Shown here: piece after piece, positions 46,558 to 54,642 of the stretch
Numbering within the stretch: the first letter of the stretch is position 1
How the letters are laid out: each line of letters begins with the position of its first letter
NCBI GenBank assembly: GCA_965221855.1
Contig: CBDCSV010000001.1
Span: 365,592 to 429,591 of the forward strand
Length of the DNA: 64,000 nt
Direction: 5' to 3'
DNA from: Rhodospirillales bacterium
GTDB lineage: Bacteria; Pseudomonadota; Alphaproteobacteria; Rhodospirillales; UBA2165
Made by a program: the position numbers and the translations under genes
The notes under the pieces: model-generated
What the model was told of the DNA's origin: nothing
The model's input: the letters and a program-made list of their open reading frames with translations, nothing else
Database searches by the model: none

Positions 46558-47562
46558 ATGGCAAGTGATGATCGTTTAGTCGAAATCGGTGAGCTGCCGG
46601 TGCTTGATACCGGCCCCTTTCTCGCGGGCGAGGAAGGTGCGCTGGAAGCGTTGGCGGATCAATTCCGCGATGCGTGCGAGAATGTCGGCTTCTTTTTCAT
46701 CCGCAATCACGGGGTCGGTGACGACCTGATCGAACGGATATTCGCCGAGACCCGGCGCTTTCACGATTTGCCCATCGAAGAAAAGATGAAGCTCGAGATC
46801 AACGTGAACCAGCGGGGCTATATCAAGCCCGGCTTCACCATGGTCAAGCACTCCACCTATAACGAGAACACCAAGTTCGACAGCACCGAAGTGATGGTGT
46901 TCGCGACCGAATATCCCGAAGACGACCCCAACCGGCAGGCAGGCAAGTTCTTTTACGACGAAAACCAGTGGCCGGACGATTTGCCCGGTTTCCGGGAAAC
47001 GGTTCGGGAATACATGACCACGCTGACGAATCTCGGCAAGACGCTGTTGCCGGTTTGGGCGACGGCGCTGGATTTGGAGAAGGACTTCTTCAAACCGTAT
47101 TTCGAGAACAACTACACCTATTTCCGGATGGCCCACTATCCGCCGGTGCCGGATCTGGGGGACAACGAGTTCGGGCTGGGCCCGCATGCCGATACGGGCT
47201 TCATGACCTTCCTGCCGCAGGCCGATGTGGACGGGCTGGAAATTCTCGACGTGGACGGCAACTGGTTCCGCCCGCCGCGCATGGACGACGCCATTCTGGT
47301 CAATACCGGCCAATTTCTGGGCCGCTGGTCCAACGACCGGTTCCGCGCCACGCCCCACCGGGTCATTCCGCCCAGGGACACGGATCGCTACTCCATCGCG
47401 CTGTTCGTGAACAGTGCGTTCGAGCCGGTGTGCGAATGTCTGCCCACCTGTACCGGTCCCGGCAATCCTCCCAAGTACCCGGCCGAGTCCTACTGGGAAT
47501 TCTATCGCTGGTACATGGCCAATACCTATCCCCATTACGGCGAGTTCGACGCCGCCGAATAG
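46558..47562 (+). CDS. 2-oxoglutarate/Fe(II)-dependent oxygenase (isopenicillin-N-synthase family)
   Basis: Start trimmed to MASDDRLVEIGELPVLD. HxD facial triad GLGPHADTGFMTFL, distal His and Arg in RATPHRV. Confidence 0.78.
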   Translation: MASDDRLVEIGELPVLDTGPFLAGEEGALEALADQFRDACENVGFFFIRNHGVGDDLIERIFAETRRFHDLPIEEKMKLEINVNQRGYIKPGFTMVKHSTYNENTKFDSTEVMVFATEYPEDDPNRQAGKFFYDENQWPDDLPGFRETVREYMTTLTNLGKTLLPVWATALDLEKDFFKPYFENNYTYFRMAHYPPVPDLGDNEFGLGPHADTGFMTFLPQADVDGLEILDVDGNWFRPPRMDDAILVNTGQFLGRWSNDRFRATPHRVIPPRDTDRYSIALFVNSAFEPVCECLPTCTGPGNPPKYPAESYWEFYRWYMANTYPHYGEFDAAE

Positions 47563-47685
47563 CCCGGTTCCGCGGACCGAATGCGGCGGAACGCACCGCC
47601 TGGAACGTTATCGCCAAGGCTCGATCGCTGCTTTAAGGTGGCGACAGTCTTGGGACTAGGACCCGAGCGAAACGTGGAGAATTAA

Positions 47686-48333
47686 ATGAGCTTAGAAGAA
47701 AAACTTGCCGCTATCCGCGAGGCCGGCGCCAAGCGGATGCCGGAGGAAGTTCGGGCCGTTATGGGCGCCGCGACCAAGGAACTGGCGGAATCCGGTATCC
47801 TCGATACCTGCATCAAGGTCGGCGACGCGCTGCCGGCCTTCTCGCTCCCCAACTCGCGGGGCGAGACGGTGAATTCGGCCGATCTGCTGGCCAAGGGCCC
47901 GGTGGTCCTGACCGTCTATCGAGGGGAATGGTGACCCTACTGTAATGCGGAGCTGTATGCTTTGCAGGAAGTACAGGACCAGATCGAAGCCGCCGGCGCG
48001 ACCTTGGTGGCGCTTTGCCCCCAGCTGGCCGAAAAGACCCAGGCCATGGTCGAGAAGCATGACCTGACCTTCGACATCCTCACCGACGCCGGCAACGACT
48101 ATGCCGCCGAGCTCGGCATCAAGTTCCAGGTGCCGGACGAGGTGAAGAAGATTTACGAGGGTTTCGGTCTCGACCTGCCGGGAACCAACGGCGACGACAG
48201 CTGGACGCTGCCCATTCCGTCGCGGCTGGTGATCGACGGCTCCGGCGTCGTCCGCGCGGCCGATATCCACCCGAACTACACGACCCGGCCCGAGCCCGAG
48301 AAGACCTTGGCCGATCTCGAGGCCCTCGGCTGA
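47686..48333 (+). CDS. Peroxiredoxin-like thiol oxidoreductase (AhpC/TSA, PRX_like2 type) with in-frame TGA at the catalytic Cys position: candidate selenoprotein (alternative: pseudogene)
   Basis: Track ORFs 47686..47934 and 47962..48333 are in the same frame. The joined sequence reads ...VVLTVYRGEW-[TGA 47932-47934]-PYCNAELYALQE..., where the family motif as I recall it is (F/Y)RGxWCPYCN. GGAG lies upstream of ATG 47686. Confidence 0.6.
47940..47967 (+). other. Candidate bacterial SECIS hairpin immediately downstream of the in-frame TGA
   Basis: CUGUAA/UUGCAG (6 bp including one G-U), a U-U mismatch, GC/GC, and a 10-nt apical loop GGAGCUGUAU. The hairpin starts 6 nt after UGA. Confidence 0.3.
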
Positions 48334-48354
48334 GCCGCCGGTTCGAGCGAAAGG

Positions 48355-48396
48355 AAAAGGCGGTCCCCGGGTCTCGAGCGGGGCCGCCTTTTTTTT
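48355..48396. terminator. Bidirectional rho-independent terminator between the convergent prx-like and GYD genes
   Basis: AAAAGG-GGCGGTCCCC-loop-GGGGCCGCC-TTTTTTTT. GC-rich stem flanked by an A run on one side and a T8 run on the other. Confidence 0.75.
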
Positions 48397-48399
48397 CGT

Positions 48400-48693
48400 C
48401 TACGGAAGGGAACTGACGATGGCCTCGGCCTCGTCCGAATCGAACGCCCGGAGCGTGGTCGTCGATAGAAATCCGAGACCACCGAGCGCCAGGGCGAATC
48501 TGGCGACGGCTTCGCCGTCCGGCGCCTCGACGATGCCGACCCGGTCATAGGAGCCCATGGTCAGGTAATTGGCCACGATATTCACCCCGCACTTTTCGGC
48601 GAGGTCCTCCGCCTGTTTGCGGCGGTTCGGGGTGTCCTTGATCCCCGCCACGCCGTCCTGCGTGAAGTTCATGAGCATGATGAACGTTGCCAT
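48400..48693 (-). CDS. GYD domain-containing protein
   Basis: Last 97 codons of track ORF 48400..49077, starting MATFIMLMNFTQDG... Contains TMGSYDRVGIVEAPD (GxYD). GGGAGAG SD upstream. Confidence 0.72.
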   Translation of the reverse strand: MATFIMLMNFTQDGVAGIKDTPNRRKQAEDLAEKCGVNIVANYLTMGSYDRVGIVEAPDGEAVARFALALGGLGFLSTTTLRAFDSDEAEAIVSSLP

Positions 48694-48885
48694 AAGTCTC
48701 TCCCGGATTAAGTGGTGTGGTGCGTCTCTTGATGTGCGGCATGTCCATCCCCTGGAATGGACGATTGGCCGCTGGTCCCATGCTAACTCAATTCCACGGA
48801 ATCCTGAACATTCCGTGAGGACTGGAACGGCGCCTGGTGGCGTTCTATGATCAGGTGTCGACAACCGAGCCGCCGGAAGCGTTCC

Positions 48886-49155
48886 ATGAAGCGCCTCGTC
48901 CGACCACTGACCGCATTTATGCTCGTTGCTCTGGCCTTTGCGCCCGAACCCGCGCCGGCAAGCGAGAAGGGCCGGAAATGCGATGGCGAGCAGGTTGTGG
49001 TGACTCAAATGGGGCTGACCATCCCCCGAATCGTCCGAGAGGTATCGTTGCGTTGCGATCCCGAGGTCGGCCTGCACGTCGGTGAGGCAGGCTGTTCTTG
49101 CCGGGTGGAGATGCGGATGTCGCTCTTCTGGCCTTCCGGCGCGGTTCAGACCTGA
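48886..49155 (+). CDS. Hypothetical secreted protein (possibly the 5' part of a frameshifted gene)
   Basis: MKRLVRPLTAFMLVALAFAPEPAPASE looks like a signal peptide. No family recognised. Confidence 0.3.
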   Translation: MKRLVRPLTAFMLVALAFAPEPAPASEKGRKCDGEQVVVTQMGLTIPRIVREVSLRCDPEVGLHVGEAGCSCRVEMRMSLFWPSGAVQT

Positions 49156-49445
49156 TCGTAAGGCTGCGGGACACCACCGGTGAATTCGGTCTTCCCGAAA
49201 AGAAATTCATCAGGATGCCGCTCAAAGGGCTGCCCATGGAGCAGCGGGATTTCGCCGTCTATCGGTCACTGCCCGAGGACCGAAAATTCGGCAGGGGTCC
49301 GCCTCCGCTCGCGATCAACCCCGTCTTTCGTTTACGGGAACCCGTGCCCGGAAAAATCAGGGTCTCGGTCGTGAATTTGAATCCCCCTCCAAGCCCGGCA
49401 CCCCGGCTGTTCCTAGACCGCCTTCGTGAGCTGTTTGAGCAGTAG
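49098..49445 (+). CDS. Hypothetical protein (TTG start; possibly the 3' part of the same frameshifted gene)
   Basis: 115-aa ORF overlapping the previous ORF by 58 nt in another frame. Its 3' end overlaps the convergent DUF427 gene by 33 nt. Confidence 0.25.
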   Translation: MPGGDADVALLAFRRGSDLIVRLRDTTGEFGLPEKKFIRMPLKGLPMEQRDFAVYRSLPEDRKFGRGPPPLAINPVFRLREPVPGKIRVSVVNLNPPPSPAPRLFLDRLRELFEQ

Positions 49446-49964
49446 GCCGGCGCCGTCGCCCTCCAGCGACCACTCGTAGCGGGCGGCGTAGCGCTGAACG
49501 TCGAAGATTTGGAACGCCGCCGGCAGGTCCGCCGCCGGGATCTTGGTGATCTCCTCCACCTCGGACGCCGTGAACTCGGATTTCTCCGGATGACGCAACA
49601 GCCAGCAAAGGGCCGGCCAGCCGGTGAGGTCGCCGAGCCGGCTGGGTTCGGGCTCGAACTTGCCCTTGTCCTCCGGCGCCCCTTCGATCTCGACGCCGTT
49701 CCAGAACGCCACCCGGTCCTTGATTTCGGCGGCCTGCTCGTAGGGCTCATCGTAGTACCAGGCCGCGCCTTCGTTGGCCGCCTCGCCCACCGTGACGTCA
49801 TAGTAATCGGCGAAGCCCTTCCAATGGCAGAAGGTGCGGGGGCTGTCGCTCTTGGTCAGCACGCCGTCCTTCACCGAGCCGATGGGGAAATAGGGGTTGG
49901 CCTCGACCATGACGATGTCGTCGCTCTCGGCGATCACCTCGCCGTTCCAAACAGCCTTTGCCAT
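49413..49964 (-). CDS. DUF427 domain protein with an extra ~85-aa C-terminal domain
   Basis: Last 183 codons of track ORF 49413..50528. AGGAGG SD. MAKAVWNGEVIAESDD...CHWKGFADYYDV...AAWYYDEPYEQAAEIKDRVAFW. Confidence 0.7.
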   Translation of the reverse strand: MAKAVWNGEVIAESDDIVMVEANPYFPIGSVKDGVLTKSDSPRTFCHWKGFADYYDVTVGEAANEGAAWYYDEPYEQAAEIKDRVAFWNGVEIEGAPEDKGKFEPEPSRLGDLTGWPALCWLLRHPEKSEFTASEVEEITKIPAADLPAAFQIFDVQRYAARYEWSLEGDGAGLLLKQLTKAV

Positions 49965-49975
49965 CGGCGGACCTC

Positions 49976-50794
49976 CTAGTCGTTGAAGAAGGCGAGGGTG
50001 CGGACCTCGATGCTTTCCCGGGGTGCGACGCCTTCGGGGGCCGCGATGCGGGCGGCGCCGTGGGCGTTGAAACGGGTACGGTCGGTCTCGGTGTCGAAGC
50101 ACTTGATCAGCACCGCCTCGCTCATGGTCATCTCGGGGAAGAAGTACCATTTCTGGCCGTCCGAATGGGCAACCCGGAAGGTTTCGCCCCGCCGATAGGT
50201 GTAGATATGATCCGCGGCGATCAAATCGCCCTCGCCGAGGGTCGTGGCATCGCAGAGAACCAGGGGATCGGTCATCACCGGCTCCATGATGGGCCGCCAG
50301 ACATTGACGCTCACCACCCGGCGGGTCAGCCGGTCTTCGGCCTCGTCCTCGGGAAAGATGTCGTGCACCCGCTTGCGTCCCGACCAGTCGGTGAAGTCGT
50401 TGTGGACCGACGGCACCGGCGCGCGGACATCCATCTCCTTGCGCTTCGCCTCGTCCTGAACCCGGATGGTGTGGTCGATGACCACGATCTCGTCGGCGCC
50501 GGTGTGTTCCTTCACGATGGCCATGCATTCGTCGTAGTAGGCGCCCTTGACGGCGTCCTCATCGTAGAAATCGGTGGTCGCCGTCGTGCTGTCGAGCAGT
50601 ATGAAGCCTTCCTTGTCGAGGCTGAGTTGATCGCGGATCAGGCGCCCGTTGTGCAGCTCCACCTGACGGTCTTCATACTTGCCGGTGGCGCGGGTCGGAT
50701 CGTTGACGTCCTTTTCCGGGTAGGTGACCGGCTTTTCGCCGATATCGACGGCGAAGGTGAGAGTCCCCGTGATGGTTTCCGGCTGGTCGAGCAT
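49976..50794 (-). CDS. CmcJ/NvfI (AsaB-like) family oxidoreductase / non-haem Fe oxygenase-like protein
   Basis: Last 272 codons of track ORF 49976..51724. MLDQPETITGTLTF...VPSVHNDFTDWSG...VNVWRPI... matches my recollection of the CmcJ family. Confidence 0.55.
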   Translation of the reverse strand: MLDQPETITGTLTFAVDIGEKPVTYPEKDVNDPTRATGKYEDRQVELHNGRLIRDQLSLDKEGFILLDSTTATTDFYDEDAVKGAYYDECMAIVKEHTGADEIVVIDHTIRVQDEAKRKEMDVRAPVPSVHNDFTDWSGRKRVHDIFPEDEAEDRLTRRVVSVNVWRPIMEPVMTDPLVLCDATTLGEGDLIAADHIYTYRRGETFRVAHSDGQKWYFFPEMTMSEAVLIKCFDTETDRTRFNAHGAARIAAPEGVAPRESIEVRTLAFFND

Positions 50795-50873
50795 CTTCCG
50801 TTCCTTCTTGCGTGGAGGCGGCGAAAAGTCTACCTCCTGAGCAGATAGTCTCACAATATCACTTACGCCAGCC

Positions 50874-50907
50874 TGATCGGCCAGCTTGATCGGCCACATT
50901 GATCGGC
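50874..50907. promoter_or_regulatory. Three direct repeats TGATCGGC(CA) with a 13-bp period upstream of the pirin gene
   Basis: TGATCGGCCA at 50874 and 50887, TGATCGGC at 50900. The repeats end 22 nt before ATG 50930, in the divergent intergenic region. Confidence 0.35.
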
Positions 50908-50929
50908 TGGGGGACAGGGAATCCAGGAA

Positions 50930-51775
50930 ATGTCCGAAAAGCGTACGCTGACCCAGGTTCACGCCGGCATGCCCACTTCCGACGGCGCGGGAGTCCAGCT
51001 GACCCGCATGATCGGCACCCCGTCCCTCGACATGGTCGATCCGTTTCTCATGCTCGACAGGATGAACAACGACGACCCGGACACCTACATGGCGGGGTTT
51101 CCGGACCATCCCCACCGGGGGTTCGAGACCGTGACCATCATGTTCGAGGGGCTGGTGCGGCATAGGGATTCGGTGGGCAACGAGGGCGTGCTGGGCCCGG
51201 GCGACATCCAGTGGATGACCGCGGGCAGGGGCATCATCCACTCCGAGATGCCGGAGATGGTCGAGGGCCGGCTGCGCGGCTTCCAGCTCTGGGTCAATCT
51301 GCCGGCGGCGCTCAAGATGACCGAGCCCCGCTATCAGGATATTCCGGCGGGCGACGTGCCGTCGGTGGATGTCGAAGGCGGCGTGGTCCGGGTGTTCGCC
51401 GGGGAATATGACGGCGTCACCGGCCCGGCCCGGGCGCATACGCCGATCCGTCTGCTGGACGTGACCCTGGAGCCGAACGCCGGCTGGGCGGCCATGACCG
51501 ATACCGGCAACGGCCTCTTCATGTGCGTTCATGAGGGATCCATCACCGCCGCGGACAATTTGGGACGCGATCGGCAGGCGCCGGCGCCCTCGGTGGCGGT
51601 GTTTCACGGCGAAGGCGAGGCCGGCGTCACGGCGGGACCCGGCGGCGCGCAAATCCTCTATTGCGAGGGCAGGCCGATCAACGAGCCGGTGGCCCGCTAC
51701 GGACCGTTCGTGATGAACACCCATCAGGAACTGGAGCAGGCCGTGCGGGATTACCAGTCGGGCGCGCTGGCTTAG
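50930..51775 (+). CDS. Pirin family protein
   Basis: 281-aa ORF. GFPDHPHRGFETVTIMFEG, QWMTAGRGIIHSEMP. C-terminal cupin with GPFVMNT. Confidence 0.88.
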   Translation: MSEKRTLTQVHAGMPTSDGAGVQLTRMIGTPSLDMVDPFLMLDRMNNDDPDTYMAGFPDHPHRGFETVTIMFEGLVRHRDSVGNEGVLGPGDIQWMTAGRGIIHSEMPEMVEGRLRGFQLWVNLPAALKMTEPRYQDIPAGDVPSVDVEGGVVRVFAGEYDGVTGPARAHTPIRLLDVTLEPNAGWAAMTDTGNGLFMCVHEGSITAADNLGRDRQAPAPSVAVFHGEGEAGVTAGPGGAQILYCEGRPINEPVARYGPFVMNTHQELEQAVRDYQSGALA

Positions 51776-51780
51776 GCTCC

Positions 51781-51867
51781 ATGCTCGGGATCGAGTTTGC
51801 CGCCTACGTCACCTACGTCCTCGCCTGCATCGCCGGCGGCGTGTGGCTCGCGTTCTCGAAACGCTAG
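51781..51867 (+). CDS. Possible 28-aa hydrophobic peptide
   Basis: MLGIEFAAYVTYVLACIAGGVWLAFSKR, starting 6 nt after the pirin stop. No SD and no family, so this is a weak call. Confidence 0.15.
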   Translation: MLGIEFAAYVTYVLACIAGGVWLAFSKR

Positions 51868-52479
51868 TCACATTTCCAGCGGCTTGCCCTCCAGCCATGC
51901 CCTGCCGTGCGCGTAGAGCGCTTCGACTTCCGGCCCCTTGAGGCCGGGCATGTCCCGCTTGACGTCGTAGCCGAGGCCGGCCTGCAAATAGGCCAGGTGC
52001 CGGTAGCCGGCGGGATAGCCGTCGAGAATGGATTGATCCAGCGTGAGCGTCGCGTTGGGGTCGAGAGGCGTGATCCAGTCCTTTTCGTAGATCGGCTGGC
52101 GCACCACGAACCCCCACTTGCCGTCCCGCTTTTCCAGGAAATCGTAAAACCGGCCGAGACAGACCACGTCGCACCACACCCCCTCGACCTCGGCCCGCTG
52201 GTTGATGGTCATCTTGGTCTGCGCGATGGCCCGGTTGCCGGCGATATCCGCTGTGGTGCCGCCCAGAAAGTGGATGATGCTGACGTCGCTCTCGAACACC
52301 TTCCTGGAGCCGGCGATGAACGTATCGCGATCGGCCTGAAGCCAGGTCGCCATCATCCGCCCGTCATCGTGCCAGACCGTGCGGAACCGCTCCCAGTCAC
52401 CCGAATCCCGCCATATGGCCCAGTTTTCCACCAGCTCGCGGATCGTAAGGCGCTCGATCATCTCGTCGCTCATCGGCAT
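51868..52479 (-). CDS. NTF2-like / SnoaL-like domain protein
   Basis: 203-aa ORF. IRELVENWAIWRDSGDWERFRTVWHDDGRMMATW is typical of SnoaL_4-type proteins. Confidence 0.65.
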   Translation of the reverse strand: MPMSDEMIERLTIRELVENWAIWRDSGDWERFRTVWHDDGRMMATWLQADRDTFIAGSRKVFESDVSIIHFLGGTTADIAGNRAIAQTKMTINQRAEVEGVWCDVVCLGRFYDFLEKRDGKWGFVVRQPIYEKDWITPLDPNATLTLDQSILDGYPAGYRHLAYLQAGLGYDVKRDMPGLKGPEVEALYAHGRAWLEGKPLEM

Positions 52480-52633
52480 CTTTTCGTTCTCCCGTGGTTC
52501 ACCGGCTTCGCTTATAGAGGCCGCGCGCCTCCGCCGAAACGCGGCTCTCCCGGATGTCCGCCGGGCGGCTTGATAATCCCCACGAGCCGCCTACAGTACC
52601 GGCCAACCCGCAAACGAAGTCCCTGGAGGGAAA

Positions 52634-53134
52634 ATGGCCCGAGCCCGACTGAAGGAAGTGGTTACCGCTTCCACCCGCACGGCCGTCGCCGAGAGCGGCG
52701 GCGGCGTCCAAAGCAGGATCACCACCTCGACCGGTCACGCCTGGATCATCGACGAGCCGCCGTCCCGGGGCGGCCGGGACGAAGGGGCCGCCCCCCTCGA
52801 GCACTTCACCGCCTCGTTGGCGTCGTGCCAGATGGTTCAGGTGGTGAAGGTCGCCGAGGCCATGCGCTTCAAGCACGGCGCCATCAGGATCACCGCCGAT
52901 ATCGGCACCAACATGGTGGTCCGCGACGAGGAGAAAAACCTGCTTTTGCGCTTCACCGAAGCGGAAATGACCATCGACATCGAAACCGAGGAGCCGGACG
53001 CCAAACTGGAGCGGCTGGCGGTCCTGGCCGAGGATCGCTGCCCGGTCGGCACGCTGCTGGGCGACGGCGGCATCGAGGTGAAATGCACCTGGAACCGGCT
53101 GCCCCTCCCGGAAGCCGTGCCGGCGAACGCCTAG
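52634..53134 (+). CDS. OsmC/Ohr family peroxiredoxin-like protein
   Basis: 166-aa ORF with a GGAGGG SD. SLASCQM and EDRCPVG contain the two OsmC Cys motifs. Confidence 0.78.
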   Translation: MARARLKEVVTASTRTAVAESGGGVQSRITTSTGHAWIIDEPPSRGGRDEGAAPLEHFTASLASCQMVQVVKVAEAMRFKHGAIRITADIGTNMVVRDEEKNLLLRFTEAEMTIDIETEEPDAKLERLAVLAEDRCPVGTLLGDGGIEVKCTWNRLPLPEAVPANA

Positions 53135-53188
53135 TCCGCATTTCCAGCCGGGGTTACCGCCCGCGCCGCGTCCAGGCGGCCGAACGGC

Positions 53189-53257
53189 AAAAAAACCGCC
53201 GAAAACGGCGGCTGCGGTTCGAACGGCTGGACCGATGCGCACGGCTCCCGATCCTAG
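53189..53257 (-). ncRNA. Candidate ~70-nt small RNA delimited by a promoter-like element and an intrinsic terminator
   Basis: Minus strand reads TTGCGA-18nt-TATGGT, then ...CCUAGGAUCGGGAGCCGUGCGCAUCGGUCC (hairpin GGAUCG/CGGUCC)...CCGCCG-UUUU-CGGCGG-UUUUUUU. No protein-coding potential. It sits between the convergent OsmC and DMT genes. Confidence 0.35.
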
Positions 53258-53263
53258 GAAAAA

Positions 53264-53320
53264 ACCATACCATATCTGTCGCATATGTCGCAAGCTTTTT
53301 TTTATTTTTTTTCAAAAAAA
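53264..53320 (-). promoter_or_regulatory. Sigma-70-like promoter with A/T-rich UP-like element (drives the sRNA candidate)
   Basis: -35 TTGCGA (53288-53293), 18-nt spacer, -10 TATGGT (53264-53269). Upstream is TTTTTTTGAAAAAAAATAAAAAAAAGC (53294-53320). Confidence 0.35.
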
Positions 53321-53521
53321 TATGAAATTTTCGTAAAACCACGGAAAACCGGGAAAAACAGCGGCAAAAAAAGGTGCCGAGACATGGAAGTTGTTGTCCA
53401 TACGGCGCAAACGGCCGGTCTTGGAATTAAATATTCAGATTATGCTAATTCAATGGGCTGATGGAAGAACCCGGCCCCCCGGCAGCGCCGCGCGGACCAT
53501 GACCATTGTGACGAATGCGGC

Positions 53522-54421
53522 CTAACCCCGGCGGTGGGCGAGGGCTTCCCGCCGGGCAACATAGACCGTGCTGGCGAAAATAACCGCGGCGCCGATCCAC
53601 ACCCACATATCCGGGACCTGATCGAAGAACATGAACCCGATCACCGCGACCATGGGTATCCGAATGAAAAGCACCGGCGAGACGATGCTCGCCTCGGCGT
53701 TGATATAGGCCTTGGATAGGCTGAACTGCGCCCCGAAGGACAAGGCCGCCATCGCCAAGATCCATGGCCAGTCGGACAGCGCCGGTGTGGTCCAATGCAT
53801 GATCGCCAGCGGCAGCAGGAGCGGCACCTGGATGGCAAAGCTCAGGAAGACGATGGAAATGGTGCCGTCGGTGCGGGCGACCTTGCGCAGGAAGGCGTCG
53901 CTGAATCCGTAAAAGGCGGCGGAGGCCACGGCCGCGGTCATTCCCAGGCTGATCTCGATGACGCCCGGCTGCAGGATGACCAACGCGCCCGCGAACCCGA
54001 TCATCACCGCGGCCCAGCGGTGAGGCCCCGGCCGCTCGTCCACCACCAGCATCGCGAATATGATGGCGAAAAACGGTATGGTCGATTGCAGGGTCAGCGA
54101 CTGGGCAAGCGGAATCAGCGTGACCGCCCAGAATGCCAGGACGAGCGCCACCGCGTTGGTGACCACGCGGATCAGATTGGCGATCGGCTGGCGGGTGCGA
54201 ACGCTCGACAGTCCGTGGCGAAGGATAACCGGCAGGAAGACCAGCGTCCCGAAGACTTGGCGAAAGAAAGCCTGTTGGAAGGCGTGGATATCGCTGTTGT
54301 CGGACAGGTGCCGGACCACGCCGAACGAGACCGAGAAGAACACGGCCGCCGCCGCCATCCACAGGATGCCGCGCAGGGGTGACTGCTGGTGGAGGTGGCC
54401 CCCGGACGCGGGTTGGTTCAT
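53522..54421 (-). CDS. DMT superfamily (EamA-like) transporter
   Basis: Track ORF trimmed to MNQPASGG... Ten hydrophobic segments in two EamA-like halves. Confidence 0.75.
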   Translation of the reverse strand: MNQPASGGHLHQQSPLRGILWMAAAAVFFSVSFGVVRHLSDNSDIHAFQQAFFRQVFGTLVFLPVILRHGLSSVRTRQPIANLIRVVTNAVALVLAFWAVTLIPLAQSLTLQSTIPFFAIIFAMLVVDERPGPHRWAAVMIGFAGALVILQPGVIEISLGMTAAVASAAFYGFSDAFLRKVARTDGTISIVFLSFAIQVPLLLPLAIMHWTTPALSDWPWILAMAALSFGAQFSLSKAYINAEASIVSPVLFIRIPMVAVIGFMFFDQVPDMWVWIGAAVIFASTVYVARREALAHRRG

Positions 54422-54594
54422 CGGTCTCTCTGAACGGAGTTTCGGCTGGACGGGAAGCCTAGGCCGATCGGACACGGCGGGCAATGAAGTCCCGCCCGAA
54501 GAGACCGGCGAACGGAACGGAAGCGGGCGGCGCCCGCAACATTGCGATCAGGCTAGCCGGGCTTGTCCGTCGGCACGGTCCGGACCCCGCTAAG

Positions 54595-54627
54595 GCGGTG
54601 GCGGAGTTCCGGAAGACCCGCCACCGC
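54595..54627 (-). terminator. Perfect 10-bp GC hairpin 16 nt downstream of the symporter gene
   Basis: GCGGTGGCGG-13 nt-CCGCCACCGC. No U tract, so possibly rho-dependent or stabilising rather than a classical intrinsic terminator. Confidence 0.35.
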
Positions 54628-54642
54628 AATGCCGCGCCGTCA

